This document shows, piece by piece, positions 26,003 through 39,100 of a stretch of DNA of 64,000 nucleotides. The notes under the pieces are model-generated. The model did no database searches and was not told where the DNA came from. It saw nothing but the letters and a program-made list of their open reading frames with translations. The stretch comes from Ptychomitrium polyphyllum. Lineage: Eukaryota. How positions within the stretch are numbered: position 1 is the first letter of the stretch; every line of letters starts with the position of its first letter. Location: NCBI GenBank assembly GCA_973851085.1, contig OZ316775.1, positions 10,230,001 through 10,294,000 of the forward strand, in the 5' to 3' direction. The position numbers and the translations under genes are program-made.

Positions 26003-27693
26003 CAAGTTACATGTATTATTTATTCAAGGCTATAATTTCCTATGAAAACACAAATATTTTTATTAAGGTTAAATGATATAAATAAAAAATTTATATAAGA
26101 ATGCCTATAAGCACATTTAATATAAAAAAATTCACAAATCTTTTTTTAAAAAATATTTGTTTATTTGAACAAGCTCTTTAAGGCATTTGCAAATAAACCT
26201 TATAATTAGGTTGAAGAATGGAAATTATTTAGCTTAGATTGGACATTTGCAGCTAGAACCATGTAAAATTATAGTTGCCATCTTAATTTATTTATATTAA
26301 TATAAAACTTTTAATTTTACAAAATTGTACAATTCCTAAATATCTTATTTATCATCTCAAAACTTAAACTTTGTGGACCTTCTAAATGTGGAATAGCATC
26401 CAAAACATTTATTAGATTCAAATGGAAAGGTAACACTTTTTAATTTCAAATTTCAAATTTTATCAAATTGGACTTATCTATCAAATGATAATTTACATGT
26501 ATTGACATTGTTGAAGGAACTTAGCAAATTTTTTTATGGCTTTTTAGAAGATTCTGTAAGAACCAATTTTTATAAAAATCATGAGGAAGTGAAACAATTT
26601 ATAGAATGTAAAATTTTCTATAGCACAAAGGTTTGGACAAAGTAATGTCTACTACAATAAATGTGATTTCAACCCCCTTTAGATTATTAAGCTAGGATAT
26701 AATAGACTTGGTCAAGCACTTCATTACTCAATAGATAAGTATATATTAATGCAATGGAATATTTATTCAACCAACAACATAGAGCGTCCATCCAAATCCA
26801 ACTTTTGATGGACTTCATACATCTATTGCATATGACCACTATTTGCCATTGATACATTGAATATGTAATAATTGAAGAATGGATGCCTAATTGCCTCCTT
26901 CCTCTAAATTTGATCTATGCAAAGGCCATAAGGGCTCAAAGTCATGATCATTATCAAATGCACCTTCTTTGTTTACCTTGGCACTAGAATTCAATAGAAA
27001 GACGTAGAAGTCAAGATGGTCTAAAAACAAGGTTATGAAAAACTTACCTAAGCCTTTGTTTTCCATAAGCACTTAAAACTTGTTCAAAATATCTTCATGA
27101 AACCACCGAATGAAGTGGAATTTACAATTGATTCCAAATGAACAAATAAATAAAAAATATATATTAAAAAACAAAATTAACAACTCCTTGCTGGCATCTT
27201 TTAACTAAACCAAACAAATTATCAATCTAATGTGGAAACAAGAATGTTATACTTGCAAAAGAACAATGCACTTCCTTCATCTGCAACAAGATCTCAAAAA
27301 TACACTTCTCACCTCCAAAATACTTCTACCACCATCAAATCACTCTATCCTACTTTATATATAACCAATTTCCACTCAAACTCCACACTTTGATTCCAAT
27401 TCATACGCTATACTAACTAACAAGGCAACCATGTCTCCCCAGCAACATACACTTGTTGCATTCCCACCGCACTAGACTTTTCCTCCCTCTAGCCGCACTC
27501 CAACAGCACTCCAACAGCCTCTCGGTGTCCACTGTAACAATGCAATTTAACACTGCAACTTATGAAATGTTTGATTTGTTCAGTTAATGTCAGTATACAA
27601 AATCTTGCTAAACTGCTGGCTGAGCAAGCTTCACTTACCACCAACGTTACACCCCCAGGAGGCTGGACATGTCGTTGAAAGGTAAAAGCATCT

Positions 27694-27697
<4 letters not shown>

Positions 27698-27724
<27 letters not shown>
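27698..27724. repeat. (TG)n microsatellite, about 13 units
   Basis: Read directly from the sequence. Confidence 0.97.
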
Positions 27725-28021
27725 ATAAGAGGATAAGAGGTGTAATCATGTTTCACGACAGACATGCACATGTGGTAAGAAGAGGAGGTGGCAGCACACA
27801 GGGAAGAGGATTGCAGTTCCTCAGGAATCCCGGATGTGCACGGTGACTTCCAACACTCTGAGTGAGCAGGCTGCAATTGTTCCTAGCAAGTTGGATGGGT
27901 TCATCGATGTTGCACTTCAGCTTTACAGCTATTGGGGAAGGAATTCTGAACTTCTGATGGGTTTGACTTTTGCTGGCATGTGGGAGTGACAGATTTGCTT
28001 GCTCGTGGAGTTTTTGTGGAG

Positions 28022-30741
28022 ATGGCGATGGCGTGCTGCTCTGTGTGCTCCTGCAGCGTTTCTAGTCCGCTTGGGAATCTAGAATCGCGTACTGTTCCCT
28101 CGCAGTCCCTCCGTGTGCGAGTCATCACGTTGAGGTAGCGTCTTTAATTCTTGCTTAGGATTCCCGGTTGATGATAATGGAAGTATGTGTGTTGAGCTGC
28201 TGTTTATTCTGGGAGTTTTACATGTGGCTGCGCAACAAATTGCTAGAGTTCTTGCGAATCTGCAAACTATGTCTGTATAGGGCAGTAAGGCACGAGTTGA
28301 ATCGCTAGGATTTGTGGGACTTACAGCCTAGTTGTCGCTCCTGTGCTTTCCCTTCTTCGACACACCTACACTAGCATCCCAGCAGCGTTTCAGGACAAGA
28401 TTGCCAGCAAGTTTTTGGCATCATCTTCCCCTGTTCTGCTCTTTTCTGGTAGTTTCCGCAGTTGGCTGTGACGAAATGTGAGTAGGATTTGAGTAAACGA
28501 AAACAATTCATATCGTGGTTATGGAAAACTTTCACTTCTATACTCTGTTCCTCAAATTCCTGTGTGCATCACCTTTGCCACAACTGTCCCCTAGGCTCAG
28601 CGATTATCATCACATTCTCAAGGCTTATTTCTTCGTGTGTTTGCAGCAGCAGCGGCATATGCAGAGGCTTAAATTGTTCCCTTAAGAAAACTGGAGCGGC
28701 AAGGGTAAGCCATCATGCATCAGCTTCGGCGCGAGGGAACAATGAAGCGGTCACAGATTCGAGAACGGAGACAGAATCGAGTCAAAATGTGCAAGAAGTG
28801 GGGCCTTCGTTTCGGTTCATGGCCGAGGGAAACATGTGGATGCTGGAATTTAAAGCGTCCGGCCTTAGTGTGCTGGCAGATCCATGGCTTGTTGACAACC
28901 AGACCTTCTGGGGCCAGGCCTGGCTCTACACTGGTGCGTGAAGTCCTCATAAATTCTTGTTCTTGTGGCTTAGAATGTCATTATTTGACCGATTACGCTA
29001 CCGAACATTTCGTTTTTCGTTGATCCGCCACTCCGACGAGAAAATCACAATCGTGGAAATTCGACTGGTTTGATCTTGCAGGCCGCTCTGGGTCCCGACA
29101 GAGGGGTGGGTTTCCTGGGAGCTTGACAATGGAGTGTGTGAATAGCGTTGATGCCATTATCATATCCCAGGTACATGTTTCATTAGTTCATCACCTGCAA
29201 TCACTTATGCATGTGTCCGGGGTAAGATAGACAAACGCATTCAAATACTCTGGAGCAAACTCGTGGATGGTCTTTCTTAGCTTGAATTATGCTTGATTGT
29301 ACTTTTAGATTGTTAGAGATGTGTTTGTCAGTGTTTTTGAGAATATCATCTCTTTCAAAGTTGGAGGGATTCTTACATGCATCAATGTATGTTAACCCTT
29401 TAATTTGCAGGAATGGGAGGACCACTGTCACCTGCCTACACTCAAGCTGTTGAGGTACATAGATCTAAGCTGTACTTCTATATCCTTCTTGAGCCCCATG
29501 TTCCATCCGCTTATTATTTTCATGTGGTGAGCATTTCCGTGGACCACCTCAGAGTTACTGAACCTCAAAAGCATCCTTCGAATCACAACAATCGACTTCC
29601 TTAGAGGCACTCCTTGCAGAATTTTCTTAGTGTTACATCTCCGTTCCTTATGAGTGTTTGGTATATGATGGTAGAAAGGATATACCAGTCTTTGCATCAC
29701 CAAAAGCGGCCCCCATTGTACAAAAACTGGGCTTCACAGACGTCAGAAGTGTTGCTCACGGCACATCCAGTCAGATCCCTGGCTTACAAGTGTGGGCAAC
29801 CGTTGGTGGACGTGTGGGTCCTCCGTGGGCGCTCCGTGAGAATGGCTTTGTTCTCCAGGAACAACAATCCGGACTAAGGTAGAGGAACTGAAACCGATGG
29901 TTGTCTTGCTTTTCATCTTTTGGTGTGATGTATTCCTTTGTTAACGATGTTGGCAAGCCTTGATGTAGTGCAGGATCTACTATGAACCGCATTGCAGTTT
30001 TGTCGAAGAATCCGTTCGGTCTGCGAGCTCAGGTTAGCGCTCTGATCCAGTTTTACGTTGAAGAGAAGAATCAGGTAATGCTGTATCAATTATTTGGAGT
30101 AATAGTTCGTTAGTTATGAACTGATCAACGAAACAGAACACTCCAATACTGGACTTCTTAATGACTTGTTCGGGGGATGGTGCAGTTGATGTGGTCATTA
30201 CCCCAGGGCGTCAGTACAAAGTTGCTGGCTTCCCACTGACTGAGAGCGTTGAGGAAGCTGTGCGTCTTCTACGCATATTGAAACCGCAGCTTGTTCTCCC
30301 CATACAGCTAACCCACCTGGAAATCACGGGGTAAGCGCAAATCCTTTTGGATATGCCTTTTGGATATGCCTTTCATGCGTGAGAGGTTCCTGAGATCATT
30401 GTGATTTGTTGTTTGCTCTTAATGACAGCGCTGTGTTTGACAGTGTAACAGCACCCATAGTTCAAGTCATTGGGTCTGTGAACGACTTCGAAGCAGATCT
30501 TCGTAAAGCTGGAGTAAATGCCAGGTTAGTGTGTGCACAACTCAATCGAAGTTACTGAACTGTAAAAGAATTAATTTGCAGGAGTGTTAAAAACTTGCCT
30601 ACGATTGAATTTAGAAGATTCTTTTGGTCAACATGGATAAAAACTGATGTCCGAAAGACTGTTCGCTGCAGAGTTGTGGTGCCTCCACTTTCGGGACACT
30701 TCATGCACGTCGACCTTGGGAGTCGGAAACAAGCACATTGA
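28022..30741 (+). CDS. Metallo-beta-lactamase-fold hydrolase (plant/cyanobacterial type), probable plastid transit peptide
   Basis: Exons 28022-28134, 28647-28933, 29082-29170, 29411-29454, 29675-29878, 29974-30032, 30186-30330, 30444-30524, 30672-30741, all phase-consistent. Motifs EGNMWMLE...VLADPWLV, DAIIISQEWEDHCHLPTL, GPPWALRENGF, IYYEPH and VDVVITP. Confidence 0.85.
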
Positions 30742-31663
30742 CGTTCCCTTTTTCTCCACAGTCGAATGTCGGGCCCTGTTTTTCATCAGATGTTTTATCG
30801 GCGTTTGTTTGCAGCCTTCCTCGAGTATCCCACATTGAGCACAACCTGATTCGTAAAGTACTATTCAAGAATTGAGCAAATCCTGCAAGGGTCGAAAGAG
30901 GGCTTTGCAATTATCTCTTATATTTTGACACCACTGAAATCTTTATTCCCACTCTGAAATCTCAGTTAGCTAGGAGAGACCTTTTGCGGATGAGCAACTA
31001 CACGAAGATGATCATTGTACGGTATATATGCACCTTAAACTTTTGTACAAGAGATATGACAGTCCATGCGCGGAGCATGTCAACATTTCACAGATGGAAA
31101 GCTGATAAAACTTGAATAGCACTAGTTTCCAACCCAATCACCAATGCCATCTCGCTACATCAATGAGAGAGCTTGGAACAGGTTGCTCTTTGGGCCGGAC
31201 AGCAACCATATCGGCCGTTACATATGCTGTAGAATACAAATGCCGGAGTAAATGTAAAGCAACAGAAACAAGTTCCGACGCACCAGCCAGCACCAAAACT
31301 AGCTCAGAATTCAGGGATACATGTAAATTCACACAAGATCGTCAACATCCATGCATGAAAATTCGACCTAAACTCCCACAGGCTGAACAAACTAGTCATG
31401 ATCTCCCAATGAAACCAAACATGATTGCAAGCACTGCTGGCTATATTTTATTGCATGTGACGAAACTATATTACAAGGCAGCCGTTGTTAGCCACCTTCA
31501 ACAAACCAAGATGCAACTTCCGTTGCTCTGTTTCATGGGCCACAAACTGATGTACAAATAGAAACATTCATGAGCACACTATACAGTGTCTATGCCCTCT
31601 ATAAATACAATGCATGACAGGGGCTCCACTGACAGGATTTGGAAACGCCGACCCCAGCCCTAA

Positions 31664-32957
31664 TCAAAGATGCATACCTGGCTGTTGCATTGGGTAAGCA
31701 ATGTGGGGTGCCATTCCCATCTGCTGACCAGGCATCACAGGCCTTGCGAGATGTCCCCTCGGGCCATACGGAACATGCCCTAGAGATGGAAGCATAACAG
31801 GAGCACCAACAGCCGGTTGTTGGCCAATCATTTGCTGACCAGGGTACATTCCCGGTTGCATTCCCCCTTGAATTGGTTGTCCTGTAGAGGAGCCAGATCC
31901 TGGTTGGCCAGTAATAGGGCCTTGCCCTTGTTGGGAGGTATCTCCGTTATTCACACTTGTAATATCATGGATACTAGACCTTCGCTTATCCTTGTTGATA
32001 GAATTCAACCTTATGAAGTATTTTTGAGCATGACTTGCAACCTGTGTAGGGGTTCTTGAAATAACAAAATTTCGAGATATACTCCGCCAGTCACCCTTCC
32101 CAAATTTGCCCAATCCTAACAAAAAGAGCCTGCAAGGACAAGTTGGTCAGATCTCTCATGGATCTGTAGCAGGCATAAACACTGTATACTATCCGTAAAC
32201 TATCCTAGGTCATCAATATGACCTTCCACATGAACTAAGCAAAACAAACTTCCAAATTGTCGCTTCGACCAACTCAAATGTAATTGAAACCGCAAGCGAG
32301 TAGCATCTGGACCAGCAGTTTTATCCCTTCAGAAAGCAAAGATGCATGCAAATAAGGTGAAATGATATGATATGAAAAGGTTGAGTAATGGTGGAGCTTT
32401 TGCGATTCCTGTGAACAATTAAAACTCCCAAAACATATAAATTCCTGGTCTCTGGTCAGATAATTATAAAGCACAAACAAAGTATTGAGAGGCTGAAAGG
32501 TACGCCATTCCCACCTGTGTTCCTCTTCTGACCAAGGGATGCCCTTTCTCCGCTCCTGGTCAGCAGATTTTGATGACATGCCTTTACCACCCACCGCAGC
32601 ATTCCCATTGCCATTTGCATTCGCACTAGGCCCTGATGCTTGACCTGAAAACCCTGCCCCCATCTTCACAGCCAGATTCTCTGATGCTGTCGCCTCCTCA
32701 GATAACGATAGGGACGATAAACTGTAATTAGGAAGAGAAACACGCCCTGAATCTATCAAAATAATATCCTCTAGCAATATTTCGTAGTGCTTCTTAACCT
32801 CAGCTGCGTCCTTCCCAGGCACCGCTGCTGCAATCTGCTCCCATCGATCGGGACTATCTTGATCATGAGTATTCAGTGCACTCTCAAACTCCTTGTCTTG
32901 TTCCCGTGTCCAAACTGACCCATTAACTGTCGTGAGAGAGGACTGCGATTCTGCCAT
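31664..32957 (-). CDS. DIVARICATA-like (R-R type, SHAQKY) MYB transcription factor, about 302 aa
   Basis: Exons 32957-32515 and 32129-31664. N-terminal [17 protein letters not shown]...[14 protein letters not shown]. Second [55 protein letters not shown] followed by [10 protein letters not shown]. Confidence 0.93.
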
Positions 32958-33639
32958 GCTTGGTATATGTCCTCCGCTTCGAATCAAAACCACCAACCTT
33001 CACCAAAACTCCTACTACCTGCAGCCGCAACCTCGCTCTCAAATCACTGCTCGTCAGATACTCGAAATCCAACTCGAAAACCTCAAATTACCAACTCTTG
33101 CCACTCAAACCACCTCCAATACGAGCACGAGCCACAGAAACAAACCAAAACCTATTGAAATCGCCAAGAGCATCCACGGTCACACGTCCTTCACAAGACG
33201 TCCAAGTCTCCCAAACACAAAACCGTCCCAGTTTGATCTTCACTTATCCACGCCGGAATCACGAATCCGGCCTGGAGCAACAAACAAACCCCTAGCGGAG
33301 AAAACCAAAACCAAAACCTTACAGCGCAGAATACTCACCTGCTGACCCCTCCGTCGTCGTCCTCAGGCTCCCTCTCGGTGGAGCTCCCTCCCTGCACGCT
33401 CCCACGCGACATGGTCAAGCTAGGGCGGTACGCAAATCATCACCCCCTCCAGCAAGCGCAGAAATGGAGACACATTGCGAATTCTCGCCAAGCTATGCAT
33501 GGAGCGTAGAGCCCGTGCAAACCCTAGCAACGAATGCTCCAGTCGAGATCACTGCGAGAGCCCCTCTCGCCAGCAAAAATAGAATCGCCACTGCTTCCTC
33601 GCACTGCCTCTCGGCGACCCATTCTCCGACGTCACTCCA

Positions 33640-33670
33640 CCCTTCCCTTCCCTTCCCTTCCCTTCCCTTC
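33640..33670. repeat. (CCCTT)6 pentanucleotide microsatellite upstream of the DIV-like gene
   Basis: Read directly from the sequence. Confidence 0.9.
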
Positions 33671-36198
33671 GCAGGACGTCCCCTCCTGCTTTCTCATGTG
33701 GCTGTTCGTACCCGGACCCCGTTCTCTCCTGTATATTGCAAATCGTTTCGTTCTTTGTCCCAGCTTCACCATAGAGATCCAATTCTGAACGCTCTTCTCA
33801 AGATTCCATACTCGGGCGATTTGATACTCATGTGATATCTCGGTATGCTTGTGTCGTATCGTGGGTAGATGTTGATGCCCGCTCATACTTTTGTTGTATC
33901 TAGGTGATGGTTGGTTGTTGTGGTAGAGGGGCTTGCCGTGCCGGGGGTAGCGTTGTGAAACCCGGCGTGGAGGGTCTTTATGTGGTTCTGTGGAATGGAT
34001 GTAAGTTGCGATTAGAGCGTTAGTCAGGCTCGACTTCGGATTGGAGATTGCTGGGGTATAATAATCACGATTTGGTTTATTTAACGATTTGGTTTATTTA
34101 ATGATGTGAAAAATTAATTTGTACTTCAAAATATTTTTTTATTTTTCTTTTAAAAAAATTAATTTAATTGGTCGTAAAGAAGTTGCAAATCTTTAAGCAT
34201 TCAATTAACCTTTTATTATCTCATGGACCTTTTATGTGCTTCTTTTTATAAAAGTTGTTCCTTCTTGTTGTTATAAAAGCAAAAGACTTTTATTGTATTT
34301 ATTGTTTCATGGGACATTATTAATGCATTTTACATTCTTTCACAATGGTCAATGGCTCATTTTATAGATTCATCAAATGCAACTTATGTGCAAAAAAACT
34401 ATAACAACATTTTTTTATGTGAGTATGCTTCATTATATCAATGCACCTTTACATAATTTGATACTACAAGTATCTTCTAAGATATCTTATTATATCTATT
34501 AAAAGAGCACTTTTATAAAATATTACATAAATTTTAATTGACTTACATCAAGCCCAACTAAGAAGAATGTTGTCACTATTATGTTGCAGTTTACACAACT
34601 TTTTAAGTGTATAATTAATCTTGGATACATTCTTCAAATGATATATTATGTAAACTATAATGTAAATAATAACATTGTAATATCCATAAGACATGTATGG
34701 CATGGAATTATGATAAATTTGAAATTCTCCTTAAAGTTTCCAATATAATTGAAATTCTAAAATATAACATTAATTAATTAATTTTATAAGGATAGATTTT
34801 TTTATATTTCACAACTTCAATACCTTTGCAACATTATTTTGATGAGCAAAACTTAAATATTTTAAAAACATGCAATTATAGCCTTCTAAAGTGCTACAAA
34901 TAAAAATTTGTTAAGACTTCTATATTTGAAAAAGATTGCACAAATCAAAAAAATAAAAATCTAAAAACTTCATATACTTCAATTTCAATTATTTAAAACT
35001 TTAATTATATAATTGCATATGTTAAGTTTCCATGTTTGTACATCAATAAGAAAGCATACAGGAAAAAAATCATCAAGTTATTTAAACTAATTTTGCTTTA
35101 TATTATTGCTTAATACTTTCAAGATAAAATAAATTTTCAAATTACATAAGATACTTTGGTAGTATTTCAAGTACTTAATAGATATTTTGGTAGTTCTGAA
35201 ACAAATTAAAATTTGAATTTTGACAATTTCAGACTTGAGAACTTTTGATTTGTCTTGAATCTAGCAAAGTAAAGGAATGAACACATTCCTAAATATGGTC
35301 ATGGTACATATTTGTCTACTGTAATACATTCTCCAATACTGTGTACATAAAGTTCTTTTGGTTACCATGAATGAACTTGGTTATATGATCTGTTTTAGAT
35401 CATGCTCTGATATTCACCACACCAAGAAAGCGCCCAGAGAAAATGCTCAAGCCTGATCAGTTCCTGATAGCTTATCAAATAAACCATTTATCGTGTTTGT
35501 ATTTGTCACTGGCATGTTTATCTCCCCAGGGGAACGCAGCCATCTTCCAAAGAATGTCATTCTATACTAGACCATAAGCTGAAATTATATTTGATGCACT
35601 GCACGTGACTGGCCTCTAAGAAAGCCCTTATCGGAAGACTTTACCGGTTCAGAAGAATGTAGCTATGGCCAGCTTTAGTATTATACAAGGCAGCTTTTTT
35701 CACCAACTCTGACGTGAAAGTTGGTGAGCATGTTTAAGGGTGTTTGTGGAGTTGTCATCTCCGGATGTAAAGAGAGGTAAACAGCCTCGAAATTCTCATG
35801 ACCCAAGTCTTGCCTATCAGCCCACCCCAAGTGCCCAGAGGCTAGATTCCACAACCATTCACAAGGATTGCAGGTCTGTTTTATCAGGTGTGCATTTAAG
35901 ATTTTCTTTCGGATGCACTGATAATGCCTGTAGAAGCCCAGATATAAGGTTGAAGGTTGTTGTGACCTGGGCGCCCGTAAGTGCAAGCAGAAACCCTGTT
36001 TGCTGTAGAAAGTCAGCTAAATTCTCAAATTGGGAGAATAGGGGTATATTTTTAATGGAACCCCTAACTTGACTTCTAAAATGATCAAAGGCCGTTTGAT
36101 CTCAAAGTTTCAGTTGAGCCTGCTCTTAGATGTGCAGCTCTCGCCCTATGATACCAATTCGTTCTGGCGAGTCAAATCGCAGACTGTTTTGCTGTACC

Positions 36199-39100
36199 CT
36201 AGGGGACGGAAGCTGTTGGAGCAGATGCAGCATTTCTAGAGATTCTGGAGTGGGAACAGGGTACCATTCTGAGCAAAAGTGCCTTTCCTCGTGCCTGTCG
36301 CCGGCCCTTCACCCTTGACTTCCGCTGATCAAGCACAACAAAAGATTCGTCACTGTCTAGATATAAGACAACGCAAAGCAGGCCCGCGTCTACTTTACTG
36401 CAAAACCGATACACTTTTAAAATCTCTAGACTCAAACCATTCAGTAATCTTAACAGACCCAGATTGTCCCAAGAAGCCTCGGATGAGGGGAATACCATTA
36501 AAAACTCGGGCTGGGGCGATACTCTTTTCCAGCACCGCAAGCTCTCCCTCGGAAGTCCACGCTGAGCATCAACCCTAAATTCAAACACAAATTATCCAGA
36601 ATGAAACCAGACCTGCAGATGAAAATAGTTCCACTACCACTACGGTAGCCTCTAGAAGTAGAAGTGCAGCACCTCACTCTGAATCCAGCAATCACTGCAA
36701 AGCATCAACTCTGCCTCAAAAATTACTCAACTACAATACTTGGAAATCTGAATGTCTTTGGAAAACTGTCTTATGTAAACATCATGTGCAAACTCCCAAC
36801 TACTGGTGAGATATGAAACGATAAATTGCACACATTGATGCATATCAATCTGAACCGTAATCAAATGAAGCAAGACCAATCTGCAGACAATTTAGAGCTT
36901 CATAAAACTTGTCCCGTCTATGAAGGCTAAGTCTGATGATTCATTTCAGTGAACATGTGCTTACGTGCTTGTTCTGCGATCAAGTGCTGCTGGCTGAGAA
37001 ACGTCGATTCTCGCGCTCCTCTGCTCCCAGATTTTCTTCCTAGCGGATCGAATGTCTTCAATTTCACTCTGCGGCTCCTCCATCATGGTCCTCAACAATG
37101 TCTTTTTCCCAGATGGCCCCTCCATCACGATCAGCTGCGGCCTTGAATCCCTCACCTCACCACCACCAAAGCTACTGGACTCAAGCGAGGAGATTCGCAT
37201 CTCTCGAAGAGGAATCACTGTCTTCGCTGGCTTAGGGCTTCGTTTGACTCTTCGCCTTCGACTCCGTGGCAGCTGGCGAGGAGTGATGCCACCCCGACTC
37301 TGCTGCATGTGCAGATCATTCTCCAGAGCCTGAGTGGCACGACGGTGCTTGCGAGCTTTCGTGGCTCGTCTTCGGTGAGTATGTGCAGGTGGAGCTCCCT
37401 GCATTTCTTGCGAGAAGGCGTCATAGTCGTGAGCGATCCTTTTCTGTTTAGGGTTAGCAGTTGATGGACCAGACGGTATGGAGTAGGCACCGTTAGAATC
37501 CTCGGTGAAGATCTCGGTGTTTTTGGGAGGAGTCGACGGGCCAGCATGTATGTTGGTCATGGTTTCGCCGATGCGTCCAGCTTCAGCCTCTTCGGGTGGC
37601 AGGTCGCTCAACGCGATGTGAAGTTCCACGGCGGTGCTGAGCACTGCTTGGAATGCGATACAAATGCTCCGCCATGACCTCTCTGCTTTGTGTTTGTCAC
37701 GGGGGTAATCAAACTCCAATTTCACAACCGCACATGAGCCATCTGGAGTTTACAGCACATATGCAACGTCAAACACCAAAGCAAGGTCACAGAACGTTTC
37801 CAACGCTCACGTTTCGGTAGGGATAGTTCTGAAATTATGCTTACCAACGGCGACGCCAGCAGCCGTGAGTCGGCCGTGAGTCTGCAAGAGATACTTCAAA
37901 CTGCGAGAGGTGATTTCGCGAAGCACTCGATTCCAGAGCTCTGCTAGTGCTGCATCCCGAAACACCTGAAACTCCAGGGAAATAGACTCCGGCGCACGTC
38001 TAGCTTCTGAAGTCTCTCCAACATACTCCGCTGCGACTTGCTGCTGAGGTTCCCTGGCCCAAGCCTCCTCCAGCTTCTGCTCAGACAAGGAAGCCACATT
38101 CCCCAACTCGGGAGAATCTTGCCTCTGCGGACTTTCTGTATATGCTTGAAGCGTTCGCCCGTGCTCCATTGACGATCCGAGCTGTGCCTGATACTCTGGT
38201 TCATCCATGGACGGAAGGTCGGATCTTGGAAGCGAGTGACGGGGAGCTAGTCCGGCATTCTGAGGTGCGAGCTGAGGGCTTGACGCCACACTGGTGTTTG
38301 CTTCCGTAGGAAGAAACGATCGGTCGGGTGCAAACTGCAGAAGGGCAGCTGTAAGCCATGTTGCCCGATCGCTTGTCACTCGCAACTGCTTCTCGGACTC
38401 TGAGAGAACCTTGAGCGCTTGACGCAACCGGTGTTGCTCCTCTTTCACAGCTGCAAATAACACAGAGAAAACCACAATGATAAGGACCGGAAAGCATAGA
38501 AAGGAATATGATCGAGTCAATTGAACAATGTACTACATAAGATGTGCTCAAATTCACTTACAAAAATTTCGGTTGAAGAATCCCTCCCCACGCTTCCCCC
38601 GACGAACATCATAGCTCCCAGCAAGGATGTCTGTAATTAGGGTTCCCAACTGAGACACCAGCGACAGAGGCTCAACGCCGGAGGCCAGCACTTCGCGCAG
38701 AGTCCGAACGGTCTTCATTGTGTCGGCAGAGAGAGCATAGTCGAGCAGGTCCAAAATCTCGGTATCGGGAAGTAGACCCACGAGCTCGCGAACTAAAGCA
38801 ACCGACACATTCTTGTCCAAGAGACAGACCTGGTCAAGCACAATCTCAGCATCTCGCAGCGACCCATCCGACCTCGCTGCAATGAGCGCCAACGCACCCA
38901 CCTCTACAACCAGCTCCTCCTTCGTCGCCAGAAGCTCAAGCCGTCTCACGATGTCAGCCTCCTTCACTTTCGAGAAGCGGAACTTCTGGCACCGTGACGT
39001 AGCCGTGGCGGGGATCTGCTTCGCATCCGTGGTGATGAGAATGAAGACCACGTTCATGGGAGGCTCTTCCAACACTTTGAGAAACGCATTCCATATGTCG

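Noticed and set aside
26003..27400. AT-rich block as a specific transposon or viral relic
   Set aside because: Probably decayed repeat DNA, but no diagnostic motif or terminus could be read.
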